NCBI GenBank assembly: GCA_964465375.1
Contig: CAYXIJ010000001.1
Coordinates: forward strand, 60,060 to 124,059
DNA length: 64,000 nt
Source of the DNA: an uncultured Gammaproteobacteria bacterium
Lineage (GTDB): Bacteria > Pseudomonadota > Gammaproteobacteria > Steroidobacterales > Rariloculaceae
Direction of reading: 5' to 3'
Under the pieces are notes generated by a model. It saw only the letters and a program-made list of their open reading frames with translations, had not been told where the DNA came from and searched no databases. Shown in pieces: positions 28,119-37,839 of this stretch (the stretch's first letter is position 1; each line of letters starts with the position of its first letter). Both the position numbers and the translations under genes were made by a program.

Positions 28119-29042
28119 CTAAAAAGTAGTTGCCTCCAGAGATACAAACTCAGGTGTCCCGAGGCCGCGCTCAGCTACTAGCTCTGCTAAAGGCCAACTG
28201 AACACTCCTGCTTTGCGTTCCTCAGTAGCTAGAACGTAAGCGCGGGTTAATGCCGTCATTGTCCGGCCGTCACTCAATTCCTCACCTAGCGGTGGGTGCG
28301 CCTCCAAATAGAAACCATCCTCTACCCATCCGATTTTGTATGGCTGATTTACGATATAAACCGGTGTTCCAATCTCTACACGCCCAAACAAGGCCTCAAT
28401 ATCTTCAGGGAACATCCGGATACATCCGTGGGTAACTCGCATACCAACCCCAGAGGGCTTATTAGTTCCATGTATTAAATAACCCGGTAACGAAAGTCTT
28501 AACGCATGATTACCTAGGGGATTGTCAGGACCCGGCGGTACAACTCTAGCCAAGGGACGGCCATCCAATGCATATTCCTTGCGAATGGATTCTGGGGGGT
28601 ACCAAGTGGGTTTCAGCGCCTTACTTTGAATGTGACTAACTCCTAAGGGGGTCCCCCAATCCATGCGGCCAATGCTGATTGGGTGCGTTATCACTGAACC
28701 AGGACTATCTTCCGGAAAATAATAGAGTCTAAGCTCAGGCAAGTTAATCACGATGCCACGCCGAGGTGCGTAGGGAAGCACAAAACGCGTGGGGAGAACA
28801 ATATCAGTGCCCTCTCCTGGCAACCAAGGATTAACGCCTGGGTTAGCCTGAACTAACTCTTGATAGCCGAGATTGTAATGACGAGCAATCTTTATGAAGG
28901 TGTCTTCGTGTCGAGCCTTAATAACCTGAATTTCACCAACCAACTCACTTACTCCCATAACCTCCAGTTCCCTACCCAGAACAGAGGTGACTAGGCTCAA
29001 TGCTGAGATAACCAATAAGACTTTAAGTCTCGCAAACCTCAT
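28119..29042 (-). CDS. L,D-transpeptidase with N-terminal LysM domain (ErfK/YbiS/YcfS-like)
   Basis: 307 aa with a signal peptide, a LysM-like segment (IKARHEDTFIKIARHYNLGYQELVQANP) and the YkuD catalytic motif HGTNKPSGVGMRVTHGCIRM. Confidence 0.88.
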   Translation of the reverse strand: MRFARLKVLLVISALSLVTSVLGRELEVMGVSELVGEIQVIKARHEDTFIKIARHYNLGYQELVQANPGVNPWLPGEGTDIVLPTRFVLPYAPRRGIVINLPELRLYYFPEDSPGSVITHPISIGRMDWGTPLGVSHIQSKALKPTWYPPESIRKEYALDGRPLARVVPPGPDNPLGNHALRLSLPGYLIHGTNKPSGVGMRVTHGCIRMFPEDIEALFGRVEIGTPVYIVNQPYKIGWVEDGFYLEAHPPLGEELSDGRTMTALTRAYVLATEERKAGVFSWPLAELVAERGLGTPEFVSLEATTF

Positions 29043-29085
29043 ATCTTCAAACTACTATCATTTCTAATCAATCATCCCCTAGACT

Positions 29086-30045
29086 CTAAAATCGCACCAG
29101 ATTGGCGCCCCACGTAAAACCTCCGCCAAAAGCTTCAAGTAACAATAAATGTCCACGTTGGATCCTACCGTCCCTAACCGCCGTATCCAGCGCCATAGGC
29201 ACCGAAGCAGCTGAAGTATTACCATGATTCTGAACCGTCAGAACAACTCGCTCCATCGGCATATCCAAGCGCCTAGCAGTGGCTTGAATAATTCGAAAAT
29301 TAGCTTGATGAGGAACTAGCCAATCAATTTCATCTTTCTTTAGCTGATTTTCCTCGAGTACCTCATCCACAATATTCCCTAAAGTCTTGACTGCAAGTTT
29401 GAATACCTCATTACCTTTCATCTGAATAGTTGGAGACTCATCTTTGTTTTCAGTATCTGTAATCCCAGTCGATGCGCGTAGTAGGTCACAACGACTGCCG
29501 TCTGCGGCAAGCTTCGAACCGATAATACCTGGCTCATCCCCGCCCTCTAAAACCACTGCTCCTGCACCATCACCAAAAAGTACGCACGTTTCCCGATCAG
29601 TCCAATCGACTATGCGAGACATACACTCCGCACCTATAACAAGAGCGCGGCTCGCTTGTCCACTTCGAATAAAATGATCGGCAGTGGTTAACGCATACAC
29701 AAAGCCCGAGCAAGCAGCCTCAAGAGAAAAAGCGGCTGCGCCCCTGATACCTAATTTTTTCTGAACGAGGCAAGCCACATTAGGGAAAATTAAATCAGGA
29801 GTTGCAGTACCAACAAGAATTAAATCTATATCGTGAGGAGACAAACCAGCATCATCGATTGCTATACATGATGCTTCATAGGCCAGATCGCTAGTAGATT
29901 GATTTTCTGCTGCTATATGGCGTTGCTCTATGCCTGTACGAGACCGAATCCACTCATCTGAAGTATCCAGTGTTTTTTCCAAATCGAGATTACTCAAAAT
30001 CCGGTCGGGAAGATACTTTCCTGTGCCAATTATGCGGGAATACAT
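29086..30045 (-). CDS. fabH: 3-oxoacyl-ACP synthase III
   Basis: 319 aa. The Cys-His-Asn triad contexts are present (EAACSGF, VPHQAN, GNTSAAS). Confidence 0.95.
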   Translation of the reverse strand: MYSRIIGTGKYLPDRILSNLDLEKTLDTSDEWIRSRTGIEQRHIAAENQSTSDLAYEASCIAIDDAGLSPHDIDLILVGTATPDLIFPNVACLVQKKLGIRGAAAFSLEAACSGFVYALTTADHFIRSGQASRALVIGAECMSRIVDWTDRETCVLFGDGAGAVVLEGGDEPGIIGSKLAADGSRCDLLRASTGITDTENKDESPTIQMKGNEVFKLAVKTLGNIVDEVLEENQLKKDEIDWLVPHQANFRIIQATARRLDMPMERVVLTVQNHGNTSAASVPMALDTAVRDGRIQRGHLLLLEAFGGGFTWGANLVRF

Positions 30046-30047
30046 AC

Positions 30048-31076
30048 TTAGATCATGCCCTCGATCAACTTTCCTATTTGTCCCGGCACACCCTTGCGTG
30101 CTTCTACAATTGCTGTGTTGACGGCAGTTTCAAATGCAAATTTATCTGCACTTCCATGGCTCTTAATAACCACACCGGTTAAACCAACGAGGCTTCCTCC
30201 ATTGTATCGCCTTGTGTCAAGTCTCGCACGAATGGCCCCAAGGGCATTATGCGCAAAAATTCCCTCGAACTTCCGTACCATATTCTTCCGAAACTCTTCT
30301 CGCAGAAAAGTTGCAAACACATTCGCAACCCCCTCCATGGTCTTGATTGCAACATTACCCGCAAAGCCATCAGTAACTACAACATCAGCCTTGCCATAAA
30401 AAACGTCATCGCCCTCTACGAACCCTACATAATTAAGGTTACTTTCGGATAGCAAGTCACCCGCCTCTCTGATTATTTCGTTTCCTTTGATATCTTCCTC
30501 ACCGATATTTAGCAAACCAACGCTGGGTTGCTCTATATCAAGCACATACCCCGCTACCACTGACCCCATGAGAGCAAACTGAAATAGCTGTAACGGCGTA
30601 CACCCTACGTTTGCACCAAGATCCAACATGAACACAGGGCCACGCAATCCCGGTACCGCAGATATAAGAGCTGGGCGATCAATCCCCGGCAATGTTTTGA
30701 GTACATACCTTGCGGTCGCCATTAATGCTCCTGTATTACCAGAACTCACGCAGGCGTCTGCAAGGCCATCCTTGACTAACTCCAGGGATATCCGGAGGGA
30801 AGAATCTTTTTTCTTCCTTAAGGCCTCTGCGGGATGCTCATCCATCTCGACTACTTCCCCAGCTACTTGAAAACTCAATCTACCCCCAACTTTATCGCCG
30901 GCTTGGTGACGCGCACTTTCAAGAACATCCGGCAAGCCGACTAAGATAAAATTGACCGAATCGTCCTTCTCCAAAATTGCTCTAGCAGCTGGAATCACGG
31001 CCTTGGGACCTAAGTCACCTCCCATAGCGTCCAAGGCAATTGTGACCTTGTGGTTCATTGAAATAATCTTGGGCAA
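30048..31076 (-). CDS. plsX: phosphate acyltransferase PlsX
   Basis: 342 aa with VTIALDAMGGDLGP. Lies in rpmF-plsX-fabH synteny. An alternative start is MNHKV at 31058. Confidence 0.93.
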   Translation of the reverse strand: MPKIISMNHKVTIALDAMGGDLGPKAVIPAARAILEKDDSVNFILVGLPDVLESARHQAGDKVGGRLSFQVAGEVVEMDEHPAEALRKKKDSSLRISLELVKDGLADACVSSGNTGALMATARYVLKTLPGIDRPALISAVPGLRGPVFMLDLGANVGCTPLQLFQFALMGSVVAGYVLDIEQPSVGLLNIGEEDIKGNEIIREAGDLLSESNLNYVGFVEGDDVFYGKADVVVTDGFAGNVAIKTMEGVANVFATFLREEFRKNMVRKFEGIFAHNALGAIRARLDTRRYNGGSLVGLTGVVIKSHGSADKFAFETAVNTAIVEARKGVPGQIGKLIEGMI

Positions 31077-31123
31077 AGGAAGCCGGGCTTATGGTGTATC
31101 CCACGGCTTAAAAGGCCAGCGCC

Positions 31124-31333
31124 TTAACCCTGCTGCTCCTGTTCTTGATCCTGATCTTGATCTGGGACATCAAAAACTTTTTTTCCCCGATAATAGCCAT
31201 CAGCAGATACATGGTGACGAAGATGGGTCGTACCTGTAGTTGGATCTTCTGACAAAGTCGGGTGCTTAAGCGAATCATGCGAGCGACGCATATCTCTCCT
31301 AGAAGGTGTCTTACGCCTTTTCTGAACGGCCAT
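31124..31333 (-). CDS. rpmF: 50S ribosomal protein L32 (with acidic DQ/EQ C-terminal tail)
   Basis: [22 protein letters not shown]. The C-terminus is ...[14 protein letters not shown]. Confidence 0.93.
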   Translation of the reverse strand: MAVQKRRKTPSRRDMRRSHDSLKHPTLSEDPTTGTTHLRHHVSADGYYRGKKVFDVPDQDQDQEQEQQG

Positions 31334-31379
31334 TACCTAGTTACTCCTGATTATTTTCTGAGACAAGCAAAGTCTGGGG

Positions 31380-31862
31380 TTAGATAGTTGCACAATCCAC
31401 AGAACCCTTCAGACGTTTTATTAAACTTCCACACTTATTTTCCGGAAAATGCACCGGAGCAAGTGGCACCGATAAGATCAATTCGTCCTCTATTAGTGCG
31501 GATGGGCTAAAGCGGTCGCCTGATAGTATTGGTAACTCACGGTTATTGTCTCTAATAGACCATGAAGAACTAGATAACTCTAGAGCTATCGAAGTGTGCT
31601 CGAAAATCTCTTGAGCAAATGGCTCCAAACACCTTTGGCACACTAATTCAAGCTCTGCTTTGTAGTCTAAATCAAGGGTCACGCAACTATCTCCCTGTTG
31701 GCTAAACGCTATACTTGCTTTTACACTCCCGCTATACGTACGCAGAAGTTCGCGAAGACGAGTCAATTGACTCAACGCGATCTCGCCAGTGAGTCGTGCT
31801 TTGCGCTCGCCGAGCGCGCTCAAATCGCTGGCACTGTAACAATTATGCAACGAAATGGGCAT
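31380..31862 (-). CDS. yceD: YceD family (DUF177) 23S rRNA accumulation protein
   Basis: 160 aa, directly upstream of rpmF, with the CQRCLEP motif. Confidence 0.85.
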   Translation of the reverse strand: MPISLHNCYSASDLSALGERKARLTGEIALSQLTRLRELLRTYSGSVKASIAFSQQGDSCVTLDLDYKAELELVCQRCLEPFAQEIFEHTSIALELSSSSWSIRDNNRELPILSGDRFSPSALIEDELILSVPLAPVHFPENKCGSLIKRLKGSVDCATI

Positions 31863-31915
31863 GGGCGACGAATGATAGAGGTAAGAATTTCAGCTGTCAA
31901 AACGGGAGGTTACGG

Positions 31916-32500
31916 ATGCGTCGTCTAATTTTGGCCTCTGCCTCGCCGTATCGGCAAGCATTATTACAGCGACTCGAGCTAGACTTTGAGGTACGACCGT
32001 CTAATCTAGACGAAACTGCTAAGCAAGGCGAGCAAGCAAAAGCTCTTGCTAAACGCCTAGCAAGCGAAAAAGCTCAACATATCCCTAGACTTGATGCGCT
32101 AATCATTGGGGCCGACCAAGTAGCAACCCTTGGAGAGGAAATACTGCGCAAACCCAGGAATCACCTCACAGCGCTCCAACAATTAGTGAGGTGCCAGGGC
32201 AAAATGATTATGTTTTATACAGCGACTGTTGTAATAGATCAGTCCTCAGGTCAACATTGGGAGACAATAGATCAAACCGAAGTACATCTTCAAAGTCTTG
32301 AGCGAGCACAACTAGATCAGTATTTAAAATTAGAAAAGCCTTATGATTGCGCTGGGGGCTTCAAGGCAGAGGGATTGGGAATCTCTCTTTTAAAAACTAT
32401 TAAATCCGCAGATCCTACCGCACTGCTCGGCCTACCACTGATATGGCTTGTTGGTGTTCTAAGAAAGGTAGGCTTAGATCCCTTAGAGCCGATGCCTTAA
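31916..32500 (+). CDS. Maf-like nucleoside triphosphate pyrophosphatase (YceF type)
   Basis: The start is trimmed to MRRLILASASPYRQALL inside track ORF 31796..32500. Transcribed divergently from yceD, as in E. coli. Confidence 0.88.
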   Translation: MRRLILASASPYRQALLQRLELDFEVRPSNLDETAKQGEQAKALAKRLASEKAQHIPRLDALIIGADQVATLGEEILRKPRNHLTALQQLVRCQGKMIMFYTATVVIDQSSGQHWETIDQTEVHLQSLERAQLDQYLKLEKPYDCAGGFKAEGLGISLLKTIKSADPTALLGLPLIWLVGVLRKVGLDPLEPMP

Positions 32501-32513
32501 ATACAAACCAATA

Positions 32514-33476
32514 TCATCTTGAAGTACTCACTCTATCTAACACTTGACCTAATTCGCTTGGCAATGAAGTACTGACAAAAAACTCCTCTTCAGTTTGTGG
32601 CCACACAAAGCTGATTGAGAGTGCATGAAGAAATAGGCGGCGCAATCCCTTATTTTTCATAATTGAATTAAATTCCTGATTCCCATAACGCTCATCACCA
32701 GCCACTGCGTGCCCCATATGAGCTGCATGAACCCTAACCTGATGCGTTCGCCCTGTAGTGGTAGAAACCTCCACCAAGGTCACGCCTGACTCATAATGCT
32801 CTATGACACGGAAATGGCTATGCGCAGGCCTCCCCTCTGGATCTACCCTTACGAAAGTTTCACCTCTTTTCTGGCGACTTGCAGTCAAGTTAAAATCTGC
32901 ATCTGTCTCTGCGCCCTGCCATACTCCCTCTACTAAGGCCAAGTAACGTTTATGAACTTTCCCTTCACGCAGCAATTGGTGAACCCTTCTCAGCGCGCTA
33001 CGACGCTTAGCAATAAGAAGACAGCCCGATGTACCGCGATCCAAGCGATGGATGAGCTCTAGCGACGGTAAGTTAGGCCTAAGGCAACGAAGTGCCTCAA
33101 TGCAGCCAAGAAAAATACCGCTTCCTCCATGAACCGCAAGCCCAGACGGCTTATCTAGTACCAAAATTCGAGAGTCCTCATAAATAACTCGCTCAACTAA
33201 CCAATCCGTGTCTTTTTTCTTAAATATATGCTCGGCGGGAGGGCGCTGACTTACAGGTGGGACTCTTATTAAATCATCCAATTTTAAGCGATAGCTAGGA
33301 CGTACCCTTCCACTGTTCACTCTAACCTGCCCTGATCTAATCAACCTGTAAACGCGGCTACGCGGGACTCCCTTCAGAGATCGTAAAAGAAAATTATCTA
33401 ATCTCTGTCCCTCGAATTCGGGGCCCACCTCAATGCGGTAAGCACCCTGTCGATATTGTTCTGCTAATGATTTCAA
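32514..33476 (-). CDS. rluC: 23S rRNA pseudouridine synthase RluC
   Basis: 320 aa with an S4-like N-domain and the RluA-family catalytic motif HRLDRGTSG. Transcribed divergently from rne, as in E. coli. Confidence 0.88.
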   Translation of the reverse strand: MKSLAEQYRQGAYRIEVGPEFEGQRLDNFLLRSLKGVPRSRVYRLIRSGQVRVNSGRVRPSYRLKLDDLIRVPPVSQRPPAEHIFKKKDTDWLVERVIYEDSRILVLDKPSGLAVHGGSGIFLGCIEALRCLRPNLPSLELIHRLDRGTSGCLLIAKRRSALRRVHQLLREGKVHKRYLALVEGVWQGAETDADFNLTASRQKRGETFVRVDPEGRPAHSHFRVIEHYESGVTLVEVSTTTGRTHQVRVHAAHMGHAVAGDERYGNQEFNSIMKNKGLRRLFLHALSISFVWPQTEEEFFVSTSLPSELGQVLDRVSTSR

Positions 33477-33835
33477 TGAGTTTCGAGAGTGTGGCTAATC
33501 AGCTGTGCTATAATACTCCCACAGAGTCCTTTGCTGAAATCAGTAAATGAATTCTTACTGACTGGCTCAGCGTTAATTTATGTGCTGGCCTTGAGATTCT
33601 TAATCGGCAACCCTACGGGATTGCCGAGCGGACCTTGGATACATGTTACCCAGGGGATATATCACTAAGTAATAGCTCTCCGTCGGTGCGAGTCACGGAT
33701 TGAGCAGACACTACAGAAAGGTATTGATGAAAAAAATGCCGTCACACCTTCAACTCTGCTATAACTCCTTAGACATCATGGCAATTCATGCCCGACCTAA
33801 GCTCGCCCTCCACGGATCAGTTAAACCGAGGAATT
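33477..33835 (+). promoter_or_regulatory. rne promoter and long structured 5' leader
   Basis: The 359-bp rluC-rne intergenic region contains TATAAT (about 33511). It also has a clear hairpin CGGCAACCC-TACG-GGATTGCCG (about 33605..33626) and GAGGA before the ATG. Confidence 0.4.
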
Positions 33836-36151
33836 ATGAAACGAATGCTAGTAAATGCAACTCAGCAAGAAGAGTTGCGAGTGGCCATGGTCGATGGCCA
33901 AAAACTTTACGATCTTGATATTGAGGTACCTTCTCGACAGCAACGAAAAGCAAATATATACAAAGGGCGCATAACCCATATAGAGCCGAGTTTAGAGGCT
34001 GCTTTTATAGACTACGGGGGGCAGCGACATGGGTTTTTGCCGCTGAAAGAAATTTCCCGGGAGTACTTTGTTCGCGAACCCGAAGACGGGGGGCGCTTGC
34101 AAATCAAAGATGTCCTCAAAGAAGGCCAAGAGATCGTTGTTCAGGTAGAGAAAGAAGAACGCGGGACCAAAGGTGCCGCACTTACTACCTTTATCAGTCT
34201 TGCTGGGCGATTCCTGGTGCTTATGCCAAATAATTCACGAGTCGGTGGCGTCTCGCGACGAATCGTCGGTGAGGACAGGGAAATTGTCCGCCAGTCACTC
34301 GCGGAATTAGATCTACCAAATGAAATGGGCTGTATTGTGCGAACTGCCGGGGTAGGTAGAAGTAATGAAGAACTTAAGTGGGATCTAGATTACCTACTTA
34401 GCGTATGGGAAGCGATCAAGCAAGCAGTTGTGAAGCGCGCTTCTCCATTTCTTGTTTACCAAGAGGGTAGTGCGGTTGTACGAGCAATTAGAGATCATTT
34501 CTCCAATGAAGTGGGAGAAATTCTAATTGATGACACAGATATACATAAAGAAGCCCGTGACTTCGTTGGACATGTGATGCCCCACAATCTTAACAAGATT
34601 AAGTATTACGAAGATGCCACTGTTCCACTTTTTACACGCTTTCAAATTGAAAACCAAATTGAATCAGCATTCAGGCACAGCGTGTCTTTGCCTTCTGGTG
34701 GTAGCATAGTTATTGATCCTACAGAAGCTATGACAGCTATTGACATAAACTCAGGTAAAGCAACAAAAGGCGACGATATTGAGGAAACAGCACTGAATAC
34801 GAACTTAGAGTCAGCTGACGAAATAGCTCGGCAATTAAGAATTCGAGATCTGGGTGGCCTGATAGTTGTGGACTTTATTGATATGGGACCACAACGGAAT
34901 CAGCGCGATGTTGAAAACAGGCTGCGCGAAGCGGTACGCAGGGATAGAGCTCGAATTCAAATTGGCCGAATATCCCGATTCGGGCTACTAGAAATGTCCC
35001 GCCAAAGATTAAGACCTTCATTGGAAGAAGCAACCCAGCCAGTTTGTCCGCGCTGCAATGGCATTGGAAATGTACGCAGCGTTGAGTCGCTTGCGCTAGC
35101 AATTCTACGTCTGGTTGGTGAGGAAGCTCGAAAAGAACGCACGGCCAGAGTTGTTGTCCAGGTACCTATAAACGTGAGCAATTACATCTTAAATGAAAAG
35201 CGTGACTGGGTTGGCGCCATCGAAACACGCAATGGAATATCAATAATCTTAGTTGGCAATCCAGACTTAGAAACGCCAAATTATTCTATCAAGCGTGTCC
35301 GTGACGATGAGAAAAAACTACAGGAAAGTACCCCCAGAAGCTACCAAATCGTTGAGCCCAAAGAAGATCCAAGCGAGGTCTTTAGTGATGCACAACACGA
35401 GCCAAAACAAAATTTGGAAGAGGCGGCGGTTCCAAACTTAATTCCCAAGACCCCAGCGCCAAGGCCCCATAAGAAAAAAAAGCAATCCAGGCAACAAAAT
35501 CGCCAGTCATTTTGGCGTCGTTTATTTGGGTGGATCCTACCAGAAACAAAGCCTGCACAAAAATCATCTGGTCAGCGGTCACGACGTGGTCCTAATAGGC
35601 ACCCACACAGACGTTCTCAAAACGAGCGGCGTAGACAAGGACAAAAAAACCGCACTCAAGGGCGAAACCAAGGCCGCGGTCGAAGCAAAGATCAAGGCCA
35701 AAATCAACATCAGGGACAAAAACAGAATAATCGCCCGAACCAAGCACAGCCAGATGCCAGCGAACGAGGGTCAAAGCAAGGTAAGGAACGCGGAAATCAA
35801 AGAGAACCAAACCGTAGTCGGAAAGCCAACCAACGGCAAGCATCCAACACACAAGCTAAAGAAACAACGAGCCCCAAGAAACCCTCCGAAAACCTAAAAA
35901 CCCAAGATAATTCAGAAAAAAGGGGTTCAGTGACCGATAAAAATTTTGGCGGTAAAGACAACCGCAAACACGAGGCAGAAAACAAGCCTTCGCCAAAAGA
36001 AGCTGCCACTGAATCATTACTACAAACAGCTGTTACTACTGAACCGACTCAGTCCACCAAGAATGAACACATACCACATGAGCCAAAGCCTGAAATCGAA
36101 ACTACCCAAGAAAATATTGGAGATACCCATAAGGGTCAAAATGATTCCTAA
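33836..36151 (+). CDS. rne: ribonuclease E
   Basis: The N-terminus [30 protein letters not shown] is near-identical in pattern to E. coli RNase E. It has an S1 domain, the Zn-link CPRCNG, then an Arg/Gln/Asn/Lys-rich low-complexity C-terminal half. The start is trimmed from track ORF 33788. Confidence 0.95.
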   Translation: MKRMLVNATQQEELRVAMVDGQKLYDLDIEVPSRQQRKANIYKGRITHIEPSLEAAFIDYGGQRHGFLPLKEISREYFVREPEDGGRLQIKDVLKEGQEIVVQVEKEERGTKGAALTTFISLAGRFLVLMPNNSRVGGVSRRIVGEDREIVRQSLAELDLPNEMGCIVRTAGVGRSNEELKWDLDYLLSVWEAIKQAVVKRASPFLVYQEGSAVVRAIRDHFSNEVGEILIDDTDIHKEARDFVGHVMPHNLNKIKYYEDATVPLFTRFQIENQIESAFRHSVSLPSGGSIVIDPTEAMTAIDINSGKATKGDDIEETALNTNLESADEIARQLRIRDLGGLIVVDFIDMGPQRNQRDVENRLREAVRRDRARIQIGRISRFGLLEMSRQRLRPSLEEATQPVCPRCNGIGNVRSVESLALAILRLVGEEARKERTARVVVQVPINVSNYILNEKRDWVGAIETRNGISIILVGNPDLETPNYSIKRVRDDEKKLQESTPRSYQIVEPKEDPSEVFSDAQHEPKQNLEEAAVPNLIPKTPAPRPHKKKKQSRQQNRQSFWRRLFGWILPETKPAQKSSGQRSRRGPNRHPHRRSQNERRRQGQKNRTQGRNQGRGRSKDQGQNQHQGQKQNNRPNQAQPDASERGSKQGKERGNQREPNRSRKANQRQASNTQAKETTSPKKPSENLKTQDNSEKRGSVTDKNFGGKDNRKHEAENKPSPKEAATESLLQTAVTTEPTQSTKNEHIPHEPKPEIETTQENIGDTHKGQNDS

Positions 36152-36186
36152 AAAAACCACTTAGCGCCAACAATCCGCTTATAAAC

Positions 36187-36678
36187 TTATATACTTGAAT
36201 CAAGGTGCTTAAGAAAACCTATGGATGCCTCTTCAATCAGATCAAGCACACACTCAAAACCATTGCCATTTCCATAGTATGGGTCTGGAACATTCTTTTT
36301 ATTTAACTTCGGAGCATAATCCAAAAAAAGATGAATGCGTGATTGATATTTTGCCGGGCTCAGTTTATACAGGAAAGAAAAATTCTCCTGATCCATTGCG
36401 AGTATAAACTGAAAGCGTAAAAAATCTTTTTCACTGACTCTTCGTGCAGTCAGTTGGCTAATATCAACACCACGATTCCTAGCAGCCTCTTGTGCGCGAA
36501 TATCTGGAGTCTCACCTACGTGGTATGAATGGGTACCTGCCGAATCAACATAGACCTCTAGTTTAGGGGCGTGTTGCCGTAAGATCATTTTGAACATTCC
36601 TTCCGCTGTTGGCGATCTACAAATATTACCCATACAGACAAACAGAACAGACACTTTTTTATTATTTTCTTGTTGCAT
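36187..36678 (-). CDS. low-molecular-weight protein-tyrosine phosphatase
   Basis: P-loop VLFVCMGNICRSP (CX5R-S) and Asp loop VPDPYYG. The start is trimmed to MQQENNKK. Confidence 0.9.
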   Translation of the reverse strand: MQQENNKKVSVLFVCMGNICRSPTAEGMFKMILRQHAPKLEVYVDSAGTHSYHVGETPDIRAQEAARNRGVDISQLTARRVSEKDFLRFQFILAMDQENFSFLYKLSPAKYQSRIHLFLDYAPKLNKKNVPDPYYGNGNGFECVLDLIEEASIGFLKHLDSSI

Positions 36679-36831
36679 AAAAAACTTTAATAAATAAAAA
36701 AACAGAGCCACGAGTATCTATTGTATTAACCTAATTTTGATTATCTGCGCCCCGTTACCGTAAAACTAGTGCAGCTTGATATTGATATATTTAGCTCATA
36801 CGGCGTGGCTCACTACGCTTGTCTTTATGGC

Positions 36832-37839
36832 TCAAGCAGGCATCCAGCCCGTGCCAGCGCGGCAGTTTATATATTCCGCGAGGCAGTCCCTGGCAGGCAG
36901 AACCGAAACCTCATGCCACAGCTGCAATTGTAGGTTCGGGCCGTATCTCGGTGCAATCGAAAGGAATGTGTTAAAGATCTTCAGATGAGTTGGATGGCGC
37001 TCTGACCAATTCTCTAGGTCCTTCATTGTCCGAAAATATGCTAACCCACAAGAGCGTCTTAGGTCGCTTCCATCCAGCGCGATATCCTTCATGTAGCGGC
37101 AAGAATAACAATTCACCTCATCACCCTGATCGCGCAGGAAGGCCATGCCAGCTTTTAATGTTGGCTCAATTGTATCTATATATTCACCCAACTGCTCATC
37201 ATCGCAATTACTCCAGTCTTGCCCCGAGCGAATGATGCATAGGTTTTCATGTGCTTCAACCACTACGCGATTTCCATTTTGTTCGACTATGCACACGGGC
37301 CTATTCGCCCCCAAAATATCATGTGCTGACAGCGGAATGCGATCGCGCATGCCACCCCAATACTGGTGGTGCGGAATAGGGCCAATAGTCCCTTTGCGCA
37401 TCTGGCTATAGCCATGGTCATGCACCGGACCAGAAAAGAGTGTCTCTGTCCGACTGAATGGGATATTCACACATTCCTTCATTACGCCGTAACCACTGGC
37501 ATCTGTGTGCTTGCCCCAAAAAGAGATATATGCGTCAGAGGACATTGTTGCCTTAGCTGCATCTTGATCACGCCAATAGGCAATGCAAGCCGTCTCATGC
37601 AGCCCTCCACCAGCATCGGAGGTTAGCAGATCACAGATCTCAGCACTTTCTAGTGCGGTATGCAGTTCTATCATATGCGGCATCACATCCATATCTTCAG
37701 GATGCTGAAAGCCAACCAAGGCCATCGACACACTGGTCTGAGTATCCACAAAGGTCGAAGACCACGCAGGCACTGGCGACTCCCACCCTTTTGGCATGCG
37801 CAAGGGATATCGACGATCTGTTGGGATCACCCTATTCAT
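36832..37839 (-). CDS. heme-dependent aldoxime dehydratase (Oxd family)
   Basis: Strong resemblance to OxdA-type proteins as I remember them: HHQYWGGMRDRIP, IIRSGQDWS, proximal-His context ERHPTHLKIF, distal-His context LQLWHEVSV, and EYINC. The start ATG 37839 overlaps the nitrilase stop by 8 nt. The track ORF extends to 37905. Confidence 0.85.
   Translation of the reverse strand: MNRVIPTDRRYPLRMPKGWESPVPAWSSTFVDTQTSVSMALVGFQHPEDMDVMPHMIELHTALESAEICDLLTSDAGGGLHETACIAYWRDQDAAKATMSSDAYISFWGKHTDASGYGVMKECVNIPFSRTETLFSGPVHDHGYSQMRKGTIGPIPHHQYWGGMRDRIPLSAHDILGANRPVCIVEQNGNRVVVEAHENLCIIRSGQDWSNCDDEQLGEYIDTIEPTLKAGMAFLRDQGDEVNCYSCRYMKDIALDGSDLRRSCGLAYFRTMKDLENWSERHPTHLKIFNTFLSIAPRYGPNLQLQLWHEVSVLPARDCLAEYINCRAGTGWMPA

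Noticed and set aside
35382-36164. Multiple overlapping ORFs on both strands (for example 35526..35897 +, 35592..35852 -, 35797..36009 -).
   Set aside because: All lie within the low-complexity 3' half of rne, and the compositional bias keeps alternative frames open. The rne frame is continuous and supported.
36700-36815. An 8-bp inverted repeat, GAGCCACG ... CGTGGCTC, separated by about 90 nt and followed by a T-run. It lies between oxd and ptp and could be a terminator or an insertion scar.
   Set aside because: The loop is far too long for an intrinsic terminator, a single 8-bp match could be chance, and no matching repeat exists at the other end of the nit-oxd pair.
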